36,746 nt of DNA from an uncultured Limnohabitans sp. (GCA_964562785.1 CAZLUY010000691.1:1-36746), one strand, 5' to 3'; shown: positions 15,846-26,033, numbered from the stretch's first letter. A program made the numbers and translations. Notes: a model not told the origin generated them from the sequence alone.

Positions 15846-17232
15846 AGCCTAACAATTTAAGCATATCTTCACTCGTTTGTTCTTCCTTGAATAATTGGGT
15901 TTTGATGTTCCCCTCTTCATCTTTAGAAATCAGAATGTGTTTGGGATGAGGAATCAGACAGTGCTGTAAGCCTCCAAAACCACCAATGGTTTCCTGATAG
16001 GCACCTGTATTAAAGAAGCCAATATAGAGCGGTTTATCCGTTGAATATTTAGGTAAAAAAATCGCATTACTATGCTGCTCTGAATTGTAGAAGTCATCAC
16101 TGTCACAGGTCAAGCCACCTAGCATTACACGTTCGTATTCATCGGACCATCTGTTGATGGCAAGTAGGATAAAACGTTTACTTATAGCCCAGGCATCTGG
16201 TAGAGTAGTGATGAAAGAGGAGTTGATCATATTCCATTTTTCGCGATCATTTTGTTGTTTCTGGCTGAGAATTTCGTAGATCGCTCCTCCACTTTCTCCA
16301 ACTGTAAAGCTCCCAAACTCAGTGAAGATATTTGGTGCCTTCACTCCCTCCTCCTTGCAAGTAAGATTGATTTGATTGATAATTTCATCCACGATATACT
16401 CATAGTCGAAGTCAAAGGCCAAGCCATTTTTGATCGGAAAACCTCCTCCGATATTTAAGGAATCCAACGTTGGACAGACCTTTTTCAGCTCCACATAAAC
16501 CTTGAGACATTTAAGCAATTCGTTCCAATAATAGGCGGTGTCTCTTATTCCGGTATTGATAAAAAAGTGGAGCATTTTGAGCTCAACTTGTGGGTTATTT
16601 TGAATTTGATCCTTGTAGAATTTCACAATTCTTTTGTACCCGATTCCAAGTCTTGAGGTATAGAACTCAAACTTTGGTTCTTCCTCGGAAGCAATTCGAA
16701 TTCCCACCTGAAACTTACCGTCCACCGCCTCAGTCAATAAAGGCAGCTCTTCGTAATTATCAATCACGGGAATGCACCGGTTATGCCCTGAATTGATCAA
16801 ATCGGCTATATTTTTGATGTAGAGAGCCCGTTTAAACCCGTTACATATCACATAGGTGTCAGGAGAAATTTTACCTTTCGCTCTAAAGGCATTGACAATG
16901 TCCAGATCAAACGCCGAGGAAGTCTCTATGTGAATATCATTATTCAATGCTTCATTAAGCACAAACTCAAAATGAGAGCTCTTGGTACAATAACAGTAGA
17001 GATATTTTCCGTCATAGGAATGATTATCAATTGCGTGATTAAACCAGCTCTTTGCCCGTTGAATATTTTTAGAAATCTTAGGTAAGTAAGTGAATTTCAA
17101 AGGTGCTCCATATTCTTGAACTAAGCCTTCGAGATCAATCCCATGAAAGGTCAGGGAATTTTCCTTTAGCTCGAATTCTTCCTGTGGAAAATCAAAGGTC
17201 TGATTAATCAGATCAACGTATCTGGTTTGCAT
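15835..17232 (-). CDS. speA: Arginine decarboxylase (group IV PLP-dependent, Bacteroidota short type)
   Basis: YCTKS (PLP lysine), LHFFI, NIGGGF, EFG, TCDSDD and TGAYQ motifs. ATG at 17232 after an A-tract is preferred over 17292. Confidence 0.9.
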   Translation of the reverse strand: MQTRYVDLINQTFDFPQEEFELKENSLTFHGIDLEGLVQEYGAPLKFTYLPKISKNIQRAKSWFNHAIDNHSYDGKYLYCYCTKSSHFEFVLNEALNNDIHIETSSAFDLDIVNAFRAKGKISPDTYVICNGFKRALYIKNIADLINSGHNRCIPVIDNYEELPLLTEAVDGKFQVGIRIASEEEPKFEFYTSRLGIGYKRIVKFYKDQIQNNPQVELKMLHFFINTGIRDTAYYWNELLKCLKVYVELKKVCPTLDSLNIGGGFPIKNGLAFDFDYEYIVDEIINQINLTCKEEGVKAPNIFTEFGSFTVGESGGAIYEILSQKQQNDREKWNMINSSFITTLPDAWAISKRFILLAINRWSDEYERVMLGGLTCDSDDFYNSEQHSNAIFLPKYSTDKPLYIGFFNTGAYQETIGGFGGLQHCLIPHPKHILISKDEEGNIKTQLFKEEQTSEDMLKLLGYGK

Positions 17233-17475
17233 TTTTTTCTTTTGTAAAAGGTGGGACTTTGGAGTAATCGAAAGGAAAGCATCGATGACCAATTGAGCGG
17301 CGCAAAAAGCATTCTAAAGAAAAAGGGATCATCCCGGCAGCAAATTGCCCCGGTTCCTTAAAAAATATAGAGGAGCCTTGGATTTGCTTGCGGTTTACCC
17401 CGTAAACGTATTCCACTTTATATCCTCTGTTTTGTGGAATGGCAAGCCGGAAAAAGCTTTTCACTTTTCAACTAT
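17233..17475 (-). other. Long, potentially structured speA 5' leader
   Basis: About 240 nt between the putative promoter and the ATG, with nested complementary segments at 17386-17447. Confidence 0.45.
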
Positions 17476-17483
17476 AGACGGCG

Positions 17484-17513
17484 CAAATGTCGATTTTTTT
17501 TTAATAAATCAAA
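17484..17513 (-). promoter_or_regulatory. Putative sigma-A promoter for speAB
   Basis: Minus strand TTTG-N18-GACATTTG(CG), close to the Bacteroidota -33 TTTG / -7 TAnnTTTG consensus. Confidence 0.5.
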
Positions 17514-17661
17514 ATAATATTAAGGTCCCAAGCCGATAAAAATCCACAGTTCAGAGCTTGATTCTACAAATGAAAATGCTGAGAGATTCTTCACTTAAAA
17601 GGTAAAATCCAGGCTTACCGTAAATTTCTCTAATTTAAGGCCCGAGGATAGCGGCAAGAAA

Positions 17662-18402
17662 ATGATCCAGTTTTTTAGACGAATAAGAGAAAGGCTTTTG
17701 AAAAAGAATAAAATCACCCAATACCTTATCTATGCCTTTGGGGAGATTATCCTTGTGGTAGTAGGGATATTGATTGCCCTATACATAAACAATGAAAATC
17801 AAGCGAAGAAGAATCGGGAATATGAGTTGACCATGCTTGAAGAAATCAAGTCTGTTCTATCCGATGACATCTACAATTTTCATGGTGGATTAGGATCAGT
17901 TGGAAAAACTCAACAGAGTGTTTTTTATTTGACCATAGCAAGGAATGACCCTGATTATCCTCAAGACTCCTTGAATAAATACATCACCCAGATACGAAGG
18001 AGCGGTATAGGAGTCAGCATAAACTATAGTGCCTATGAGTCTTTGAAATCAACTGGGCTTGATAGGATTTCAAATAGCGACTTAAGAAGTGAAATTACCA
18101 ACCTGTACGAAGTAAAACTGAGGGGAGTGGAATTTTGGATCAATGACTTCATACGACAGAAACTTGATGAAAAAGGAAGGATGGTAGCGGATTTATTTGA
18201 AAAAAAGATTTATCCAGACTCCACGGATGGAATCCAAGTAGAATACATCGTAAACTATAAGTTCATTCACAACAACCCTGAATTTGACGAATTACTTGTT
18301 CTTTCAGGCGGTTATGTTCCAATTGCAAAACGGTATCTGAATTTTGCTATCCGTGAAATGGAGTCCCTAATTGAACAAATTGATAAAGAGCTGGAAAATT
18401 AA
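17662..18402 (+). CDS. DUF6090 family membrane-anchored protein
   Basis: FFRRIR..L...YLIYAFGEIILVVVGILIAL and AYESLKSTGLDRISNSDLR motifs. Confidence 0.8.
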   Translation: MIQFFRRIRERLLKKNKITQYLIYAFGEIILVVVGILIALYINNENQAKKNREYELTMLEEIKSVLSDDIYNFHGGLGSVGKTQQSVFYLTIARNDPDYPQDSLNKYITQIRRSGIGVSINYSAYESLKSTGLDRISNSDLRSEITNLYEVKLRGVEFWINDFIRQKLDEKGRMVADLFEKKIYPDSTDGIQVEYIVNYKFIHNNPEFDELLVLSGGYVPIAKRYLNFAIREMESLIEQIDKELEN

Positions 18403-18417
18403 ACTGGTCATAACTCA

Positions 18418-18990
18418 ATGGATATTTACAGCTACTTAACCATTGCCCTAACGGTCTTCTATACAGGAACCTTGATGCGTTTGGCTGGTGGACTTCCAAG
18501 TGCGTTGAAAAAAGAGAAGAGGTACTCGGCACATTACCTGTCCATTGTAGCTGTTTTCCTGTTTACCATATTCGCTTTTTGGAATGGCTGGGGATTGCAT
18601 AAGACGAAATGGACACTCTTCAAATTCATGGTGGCCTGTATCGAGCCTGCTCTCTATTACTTTCTAGCCACCACACTGGTTCCCGAAAACACTTCTGAAG
18701 TTAAATCCTGGAAATCTTATTTCTGGGAGGTTAAAAACAAATACTTTTTGGTCCTTATGCTCCAGCTGATTAATATTCAATTGGCTGGTTATGTGCTATT
18801 CGATTTTAATCCGCTTGACCCAAAACAGCTTGGTGCAATGATAGGATTTATTCCTATGGTGATCGGAATACTCACTAAGAAACATTGGGTAGTATTCACC
18901 ATAACCATCATTTATATTCTTCAGGTGATCATTATGGCGTTGACATTTGCGGCTGAACCGGGATGGCTTCTGGGTGGACCAGACATATAG
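18418..18990 (+). CDS. Hypothetical integral membrane protein
   Basis: 190 aa with about 5-6 hydrophobic segments. Confidence 0.7.
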   Translation: MDIYSYLTIALTVFYTGTLMRLAGGLPSALKKEKRYSAHYLSIVAVFLFTIFAFWNGWGLHKTKWTLFKFMVACIEPALYYFLATTLVPENTSEVKSWKSYFWEVKNKYFLVLMLQLINIQLAGYVLFDFNPLDPKQLGAMIGFIPMVIGILTKKHWVVFTITIIYILQVIIMALTFAAEPGWLLGGPDI

Positions 18991-19048
18991 TTCAGGTTCC
19001 CATTCGCTTATTGATTAATTTGTACCTATCGGGTCGAAGACAAATTCT

Positions 19049-19582
19049 ATGGCACAGATTGTTTATTACGTGGCAAGCTCACTGGATGGCTTTATTGCTG
19101 GAAAAAATGAGGATACCAGCATGTTCATGCCTAGTGGTCCTGGGGTGGACAAATATCTTGCTGACCTCAAGCATTTTTCCACTGTGATCATGGGACGAAA
19201 GACCTATGAATTCGGTTATCAGTTTGGTCTCAAACCAGGTCAGGCTGCATACCCCCATATGCAGCATCATATTTTCTCAGATTCCCTGACATTTGAAAAG
19301 GAGAGTAATCAAGTCCACATAGAACCAAAATCCATTGATCGTGTAAAAGAATTAAAGAATTCATCCGAGACAGACATATACTTATGTGGTGGTGGAGTTT
19401 TCGCAGGCTGGCTATTGGATAATGGGCTCATCGATGAATTGAAACTAAAACTAAACCCTATCATTCTTGGCGAGGGGACACCTCTTTTTGGCACCTCAAA
19501 GACCCGAGCAAAATTGGATTTAATAGATTCGGAGGAATTTGAAGATGGTCTTAAGATCCTTGCATACAAATTTCTAAAATGA
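19049..19582 (+). CDS. Dihydrofolate reductase / RibD C-terminal family protein
   Basis: ASSLDGFIAG, MGRKTYE, CGGG and PIILGEGTPLF motifs. Confidence 0.9.
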   Translation: MAQIVYYVASSLDGFIAGKNEDTSMFMPSGPGVDKYLADLKHFSTVIMGRKTYEFGYQFGLKPGQAAYPHMQHHIFSDSLTFEKESNQVHIEPKSIDRVKELKNSSETDIYLCGGGVFAGWLLDNGLIDELKLKLNPIILGEGTPLFGTSKTRAKLDLIDSEEFEDGLKILAYKFLK

Positions 19583-19640
19583 TTTATCTGAATTTTGATC
19601 AATAGTTAAGACCAATCATCACTGACCAACCCCCTATCTC

Positions 19641-20843
19641 ATGTCCCGATTATCACTACTTTTTTTGCTATCATTTTTCTTTTCAATAAACCTCAAGCTT
19701 TCTGCCCAATCCATTGTTCCAGTTGAGGAAATCAATAAAGCCATGGAGGTGCAAAATATTGCTCACACTTATCTGAATATGGAAGATTATTTCCGGACGA
19801 AAACTCTGACTAAATCTTCTCAGCCTTATGAATTCCCTAAAAAGGAAAATATACAGCTGCCAGAAAGCTTTAGCTATGGAGATAAGACTTTCGATTCCCG
19901 GGATTATTTAGATTCCAGTTATGTGCAAGGCTTTTTAGTCATACAGAACGATACCCTGGTTTACGAAGACTACTGGCGAGGACAAAGCGTAGATTCAAAG
20001 CATATTTCTTGGTCAGTTTCTAAATCATTTACGAGTGCATTGATCGGAATTGCCTTGAAAGAAGGCCATATCAAAAGCCTGAACGAAACCGTAGATTCTT
20101 ATGCTCCAATATTGAAAGGCTCGGGATACGACGGGATAAAGATTGAGGATGTGCTTGAAATGTCATCAGGTGTTGGTTTCGATGAAACTTATAGTGATCC
20201 CGAATCAGATATTTCAAGATGGTGGGCAGGATTTACCCAAGGAGATTCCCAAGACGAATTCGCAGCCTCTCTGCAAAGAGAATTAGAACCTGGGACATTT
20301 AACCGATATATCAGCATCAATACGCATGTTTTAGGGATGGTTCTTGTAGCCGCAACCGGCAAAAGCGTTACCGAGTATATGCAGGAAAAGCTTTGGGAGC
20401 CCTTAGGTATGGAGGACGATGCCTATTGGTTGATTGACAAAAAAGGAATGGAAATGGTCCTTGGCGGCTTAAATGCCACGGCAAGGGATTATGCCAAATT
20501 GGGTCAACTCTATCTTCATAAAGGAAAATTTGGAGGAGAGCAGCTGGTGCCTGCAGATTGGATAGAAAAGTCCGTGAATCCTAATAAAGAGCATTTGCTA
20601 CCAGGCAGTGAAAACTCAAGCTCTCCCGCCTTTGGATACGGATATCAATGGTGGATTCCGGATGGTGATGAGGGTGAGATGATGGCCATTGGCGTGTATA
20701 ACCAATACATCTACATTAACCCAACTACGCAAACAGTAATTGTGAAAAATTCCGCCAATCAGAATTACAATGATAGCTCAAATCCCCATGGCTCTTCAAT
20801 AGTCCACCTCGATTTATTTAGGGAGATTGCTAAAATGAACTGA
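19641..20843 (+). CDS. Secreted serine hydrolase (beta-lactamase / NylB-like)
   Basis: Signal peptide; SWSVSKS, YIS, ARDYAKLG and YGYQWW motifs. Confidence 0.88.
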   Translation: MSRLSLLFLLSFFFSINLKLSAQSIVPVEEINKAMEVQNIAHTYLNMEDYFRTKTLTKSSQPYEFPKKENIQLPESFSYGDKTFDSRDYLDSSYVQGFLVIQNDTLVYEDYWRGQSVDSKHISWSVSKSFTSALIGIALKEGHIKSLNETVDSYAPILKGSGYDGIKIEDVLEMSSGVGFDETYSDPESDISRWWAGFTQGDSQDEFAASLQRELEPGTFNRYISINTHVLGMVLVAATGKSVTEYMQEKLWEPLGMEDDAYWLIDKKGMEMVLGGLNATARDYAKLGQLYLHKGKFGGEQLVPADWIEKSVNPNKEHLLPGSENSSSPAFGYGYQWWIPDGDEGEMMAIGVYNQYIYINPTTQTVIVKNSANQNYNDSSNPHGSSIVHLDLFREIAKMN

Positions 20844-20881
20844 ACCAGTAGAGTTCTTTCTATCATGCCGAGTAATGAATC

Positions 20882-22156
20882 TCACTCGCTTACTGCAATA
20901 TGCCCCACTTCATTTACCCGGGCATTTAAACCTGCTGTCCTCAAAACTTCAGCGGCCTTTTCATTTAAACCGGAATCATGTAAACCCTTAAGTAACTCAG
21001 CTGCCCCACCCCAAATATCCTTTGCCTCCATAGTTGGAGGAACTCCTCCATAATTACCATCAGCATCTCTCTTGCAGATATTTAATCGCTCCCGGTCGGC
21101 ATCATGGAATTCATAAAAAGCTCGCATAAAACTCTCATCGGATCTAATGATCCGAATCAATTCCATCAGCTCAGCTGATTGAGCATCGTCATCATAATTT
21201 GCATACCATGGCACAATAGCGATCGGCGCAATACAGTCCAAACTAAAGGCAAATTCATTCTTCACGAGCTGACCTTTTTCTTTTCTATATACAGTGTAGT
21301 AGGACTCGATGGAGCCGGACCAATTCGCTCCAATCAAGAGAATTCCATTGTCCTTCAAATTATCAGAAAACCAATTGAGGGCATTATCAAAGAAAGGATT
21401 ATCAAAATAGAAAAGAACATTAAAGCATCGAATGATATCTTTCGGCTCAATACTTACTTGCCCAATTCCACCTCGCTTGAATTTCAGTCTATCGGTTTCA
21501 TAGCCTTTGATCGGATCTATTTCCAATCGTGGTAATGCTTCAGGATCTTGAGATGAACTGCCTAGAAGCTCTTCAACTAATGCCTCAAATCTGGCCTCAG
21601 TTGCTTTGGAATCCGATAGCAGTTCATTCCAATTTTCTAAAGAAGGCATAGCAGGTTGAAAATAAACCGTCTTCTTATTTTCATCCAGTGTGGCATAATT
21701 TCCTTGATCATCAAAAACCAGATAAACGGGTAAAGAGGGATCAACTCCCGTAGTGTTCCAATCTGGAAAAGCCTTAACCGTATCCAGAGTGGTATATGGA
21801 GGGAAACCACATCCTATATCCAACATGTCCACATCCTTTCGATCACCAAATTCACTGGCTTTCATTAAATTATCCATCGCCACATGTCTACCCGGTATAG
21901 TAATAGGAGGAACCCTCCCCTCCCATGCACCTGGTAAGATTCTGGCTAGCAATGAGCCCAGAGTCTGCGCAGTAATAAGGGATAAATCCCTTCCCGGATA
22001 GTTTGCCATCTGGCAAAATCGACACATTCGTTCTACAAAAGCATAAACATCTGGTCGGTCTATTGGTAATTTTTCAAGTTCCTTTTTAAACTCTTCCGAT
22101 AGTTTCCCATCGAAGTATCGCGAATTAAGGTCTTCTATAAAATGAAGTATGTCCAT
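20882..22156 (-). CDS. Putative SAM-dependent methyltransferase-fold protein
   Basis: MLDIGCG motif I, TGVD motif, CheR-like DIIRCFNVLFYFD and L.DNGILLIG. Confidence 0.6.
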   Translation of the reverse strand: MDILHFIEDLNSRYFDGKLSEEFKKELEKLPIDRPDVYAFVERMCRFCQMANYPGRDLSLITAQTLGSLLARILPGAWEGRVPPITIPGRHVAMDNLMKASEFGDRKDVDMLDIGCGFPPYTTLDTVKAFPDWNTTGVDPSLPVYLVFDDQGNYATLDENKKTVYFQPAMPSLENWNELLSDSKATEARFEALVEELLGSSSQDPEALPRLEIDPIKGYETDRLKFKRGGIGQVSIEPKDIIRCFNVLFYFDNPFFDNALNWFSDNLKDNGILLIGANWSGSIESYYTVYRKEKGQLVKNEFAFSLDCIAPIAIVPWYANYDDDAQSAELMELIRIIRSDESFMRAFYEFHDADRERLNICKRDADGNYGGVPPTMEAKDIWGGAAELLKGLHDSGLNEKAAEVLRTAGLNARVNEVGHIAVSE

Positions 22157-22416
22157 GGTAAAAGTGGTTTAAGAAATGAGAAGGCCTCATTTGTGGTGAT
22201 GAAAAATCGAAAAAATTGAAACTGTTTGCTGTTCCGATTTAAGGTAATCATTCCAGAGAACTATTCATAAAATCCAATTTTCCTGCCTCTTGGTTTATCA
22301 GGCGGTGGCAGAAAACGTGGTCCAATGGATATTTATAGTTCTGATTCAAAGCTCCTTGTTTAGGCCATTTGACTTACCTAACTTTTGGAATGATTTAACC
22401 AGCTAAATCATCTGCT

Positions 22417-23052
22417 ATGAAGAATTTAAACTATGGTCTTTTCTGGCTCGGACTGAGCTTAGTCTTGATTTCCTGTGCGACGGATTCGATCTCCTTGGCA
22501 GAAGAAAACCTTGAAATAACCCGAAGGGAAGTTCTCTCTTATGATAAAGCTTCCAATACGATTTCCTTTAACAATGATGAAAGTGATGGGCTAGCCATAC
22601 TAAAGAATGTATCCTTCGAGACCGGAATTATTGACCTTGAAATCAAAGGTGAAAATGTTCAAGGCAAAAGCTTTGTGGGGATAGCTTTCAATGTTCAGAA
22701 TGACTCCACTTATGAAGCCATCTATTTCCGTCCTTTCAACTTCCTGGCCGAGGAACAAATCCGTAGAGAACATTCCATGCAATACCTCGCTCATCCCAAA
22801 AACACCTGGTTCTATCTAAGAGAAAACTTCGAAGGTCAATACGAAGCCGAATTCCCAAGACAACCCAATCCAGATGACTGGTTCAAAGTCCAGGTAAAAG
22901 TTGATGATAGCTCTGTCCAAGTTTGGGATCCGGAATCCAACACGGAGTTGCTCAAAGTTGGTCGACTCGACCAAAGCAAATCTGATAAAATTGCCTTATG
23001 GATGGGATTTGATTCCAAAGGCTCATTTAGGAATTTGAAAATCTTGGATTAA
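22417..23052 (+). CDS. Lipoprotein, concanavalin/DUF1080-like beta-sandwich
   Basis: LISC lipobox; F.TG.I.LEIKG, FVGIAF, YEAIYFRPFN and FRNLKI motifs. Confidence 0.6.
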   Translation: MKNLNYGLFWLGLSLVLISCATDSISLAEENLEITRREVLSYDKASNTISFNNDESDGLAILKNVSFETGIIDLEIKGENVQGKSFVGIAFNVQNDSTYEAIYFRPFNFLAEEQIRREHSMQYLAHPKNTWFYLRENFEGQYEAEFPRQPNPDDWFKVQVKVDDSSVQVWDPESNTELLKVGRLDQSKSDKIALWMGFDSKGSFRNLKILD

Positions 23053-23072
23053 ACCCTTGAAAAACGCTTGAT

Positions 23073-24188
23073 ATGAAAATCCGAATCGCGCTAATACTTT
23101 TTCTCCTCCCCCTCCTATCCTTTGGACAAATAGGAGATTATTTTCGAAGCTCTAATCGCTATGTCTTCGGGAATGATAAACTGAAATCGGCTTCCATCAA
23201 CTCCGCAGACCTGGATTCGGATGGAGATTTAGACATTATGGTGGGCAATGGAAGACATTGGGTACAGCATAATGAAATCTACCTCAATAATGGGAATGGT
23301 CTATTTCATGTTGCTTATAATCTTGGCCAATATAGATCTACCACATACGCTGTGAAGGCCGCGGATTTTGATGGAGATGGAGATCTGGATTTAGCTACAG
23401 GAAATGATCGAGCGCCCAATCGACTTTTTAAAAACGATGGATTAGGGAATTTTGAGGAATACGGAACCTTCGGTGGTTCCTACACCAATACCCGGGACAT
23501 CACTTTGGGCGATATTGACGGAGATGGAGATGTGGACATTTTGGTTTGCAACAGATTTTACCAAAATGAAATTGCTCTGAATGATGGCTCAGGAAACTTT
23601 GAAGAGATCGTACTCTTCGGCGAAACGGATGATGCCACCCTGGAAGTACATTTGATTGACTTGGATAAAGATGGTGATCAGGATTTATTGGTGGCCAATA
23701 GAAACGAGCAGCAGAATTACATCTACATCAATGAGGGTCTAAGCTTTGAGGAAAAAATCCCTGTGGGAAAAGGTGGAGACGACACACGATCTATTGCTGC
23801 AGCCGATCTGAATGGAGATGGACTACTTGACATCATCGCTGGCAACCTTAATCAAGAAAACCAGATCTGCTTTGGGAATGCCCTAGGTTCCGACACCGAA
23901 TGCATAAATCTGAGCGAGTTCAAAAATGAGAGTTATGCCATTGATGTGGCGGATTTTGATCTTGACGGTGACATGGATTTAGTCGTTGGAAATTCCGAAC
24001 AAGAAAACCGGTTGTATATCAATGACGGCGATGGACAGTCCTTCACAAGTTTGGCCTTGAGTGCCTATACACATGACACCTATGACATCAGGTTTGTGGA
24101 CCTCAATAATGATGGATACCCGGATATAGTTGAGTCCAATAGTGATGAGCTCAATTTTTACTATATCAATATTCTAGGTCGGGAATAG
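23073..24188 (+). CDS. Secreted FG-GAP/VCBS repeat beta-propeller protein
   Basis: Seven DxDxDGDxD-type repeats; signal peptide. Confidence 0.92.
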   Translation: MKIRIALILFLLPLLSFGQIGDYFRSSNRYVFGNDKLKSASINSADLDSDGDLDIMVGNGRHWVQHNEIYLNNGNGLFHVAYNLGQYRSTTYAVKAADFDGDGDLDLATGNDRAPNRLFKNDGLGNFEEYGTFGGSYTNTRDITLGDIDGDGDVDILVCNRFYQNEIALNDGSGNFEEIVLFGETDDATLEVHLIDLDKDGDQDLLVANRNEQQNYIYINEGLSFEEKIPVGKGGDDTRSIAAADLNGDGLLDIIAGNLNQENQICFGNALGSDTECINLSEFKNESYAIDVADFDLDGDMDLVVGNSEQENRLYINDGDGQSFTSLALSAYTHDTYDIRFVDLNNDGYPDIVESNSDELNFYYINILGRE

Positions 24189-24286
24189 TGTCAAGAAGCT
24201 GAATCCATAATTATTATGGGTAATTGAACCATTTTGAAGAGATGGCTCTTTAAAGGGGTTAAAATTGAGACTCAATTACCCAACAA

Positions 24287-24646
24287 ATGAATACTAAAAC
24301 GATCAAAATTCTCTACTTCGTAGGGACTGGACTACTTACAGCCTTGATGCTTTTCTCTGCTAGTATGTATTTTCTGAATTATGAAATGGTGGCGGAAACC
24401 TTTACCAATTTGGGATTCCCATCTTTCATCATTTATCCTCTGGCTACAGCCAAAATTCTCGGTCTGATTGCTCTATGGTCAAATTTCTCTGACACCATCA
24501 AGCAATGGGCTTACGCTGGCTTTTTCTTTAATGTCCTTTTGGCGGCAGGTGCACACCTGAATGCTGGAGACGGAGAGGCAGGAGGAGCTATTGCAGCTTT
24601 GGTTTTCCTAGGCATTTCATTCTTGGCCGGAAGAAAGCTGAGCTAA
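24287..24646 (+). CDS. DoxX-like family membrane protein
   Basis: LGFP...YPLATAKILG...KQWAYAGFFF...AH motifs. Confidence 0.85.
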   Translation: MNTKTIKILYFVGTGLLTALMLFSASMYFLNYEMVAETFTNLGFPSFIIYPLATAKILGLIALWSNFSDTIKQWAYAGFFFNVLLAAGAHLNAGDGEAGGAIAALVFLGISFLAGRKLS

Positions 24647-24670
24647 GAGATTCCAAAAAAGCTAAATCAG

Positions 24671-24695
24671 AAAGTCCCGCTATGGGACTTTTTTT
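24671..24695 (+). terminator. Intrinsic terminator
   Basis: AAAGTCCC-gctat-GGGACTTT followed by a T-tract. Confidence 0.85.
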
Positions 24696-24788
24696 ATGCC
24701 GAATTCCCTACTGAATCTGTCATTCGTCGCAAAAATCAATACAGGAATTTAAGGCAGGTCATATTTGAAGGAAATAAAAACACACACA

Positions 24789-26033
24789 ATGATCCGGAAA
24801 ATCTTCACCCTAGCCTTACTTGTTCTTTTACAATCCAATCTGCTTTATTCCCAGACAACTTCGGGAATCAATGGTAATCAATTCATTACTGAGAGCCTCT
24901 TTTCAGAAGTCCTTGGACAGGAAAGAGAATTCTATGTTAAGCTGCCAGAATCTATCCGTGATAACCCAAATCAAAAGTACCCTCTGGTTTTAGCCATTGA
25001 CGGAAAAGTCCTCTTGCCAACCATTTCGGATTTCCATAATTACTACAATGGAGGATATACTCCCGAAATGATTCTGGTTGGAATCTCCAACTCACATAAT
25101 CGGACAAGAGACTTGACTCCGTCCAAAATCGACGAAAGGTATGGAATGCCATATACAGAGGAGAATGGAGAAGCTTCCAAATTCTTGGAGTTTATTAGTC
25201 AAGAATTGCTTCCGCATCTAGAAGCCAACTATCCATTGACTAGCCATAGAACTCTCATTGGACATTCATATGGTGGTCTCTTTGCCATCTATACCTTCCT
25301 GGAGAAGCCTGATCTTTTCTCCAATTATCTCGCAATAGATCCAAGTTTAGCCTGGGACGACCAGGTTCTTCTTCATAGGTCCGTAGAGAAAATGCCTTCT
25401 AAGGATTACTCTGGCAAATCTGTTTACGTCACGATGGGTGGGCAATTGCATATGCAAAATTCCAAAATCACCATTGACAACGTGATGGAGGATTCGACGG
25501 ACTATACCCTGCACTCTCGTTCGATTATTCAATTCACAGAACTAATGGAAAAGCAGTCTGAGAATGGACTTAAATACGATTGGAAATTCTATCCCAATGA
25601 CCTGCATGGAACGGTACCTTTTCCATCAATAATGGATGGGATGATTTCTCTTTTCAACTGGTATCAGATGGAGAATACAGATCGAATAAATTCCTTTGAC
25701 ACCAGCATGGATGAACTTCGACAGATCATCAATCACCGGGCAGAGAAGTTAGAATCGAATTTTGGATATGCTGTTCCTCCCTACCCGGAAGAATTGCTAA
25801 ACATGTCAGGCTATATGAATATGGATATGGAGAATATGGACAAGGCTAAAATGTATTTCGAGATGGGTTTGAAATTTTATCCTTCAAGCCCAAATGTCTA
25901 TGATTCTATGGCTGATTATTTCGAGCGAAATGGAGAACTTGAAAAAGCGCTGTCGTTCGTTCAAAAAGCCTATGACATTAACCAAGGAGATTACTATCGA
26001 GATCGAATGGAGGCTTTAAAAAAGAGACTCTAA
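24789..26033 (+). CDS. Secreted alpha/beta-hydrolase esterase (IroE-like) with C-terminal TPR
   Basis: RTRDLTP, GHSYGG and DLHG motifs; TPR-like P.SPNVYDSMAD; ATG at 24789 gives a signal peptide. Confidence 0.85.
   Translation: MIRKIFTLALLVLLQSNLLYSQTTSGINGNQFITESLFSEVLGQEREFYVKLPESIRDNPNQKYPLVLAIDGKVLLPTISDFHNYYNGGYTPEMILVGISNSHNRTRDLTPSKIDERYGMPYTEENGEASKFLEFISQELLPHLEANYPLTSHRTLIGHSYGGLFAIYTFLEKPDLFSNYLAIDPSLAWDDQVLLHRSVEKMPSKDYSGKSVYVTMGGQLHMQNSKITIDNVMEDSTDYTLHSRSIIQFTELMEKQSENGLKYDWKFYPNDLHGTVPFPSIMDGMISLFNWYQMENTDRINSFDTSMDELRQIINHRAEKLESNFGYAVPPYPEELLNMSGYMNMDMENMDKAKMYFEMGLKFYPSSPNVYDSMADYFERNGELEKALSFVQKAYDINQGDYYRDRMEALKKRL

Noticed and set aside
17233-17292. 20-aa N-terminal extension of SpeA
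   Set aside because: Non-ATG start; ATG at 17232 follows an A-tract typical of Bacteroidota initiation regions.
17213-17539. Small ORFs 17213..17464 (-) and 17345..17539 (+)
   Set aside because: No recognisable motifs, and they overlap the putative promoter and structured leader. A leader-peptide role for the minus ORF cannot be fully excluded.
22323-22335. 13-nt match CAATGGATATTTA to the start of the 18418 gene
   Set aside because: Short and AT-rich, and similarity does not extend; likely chance.
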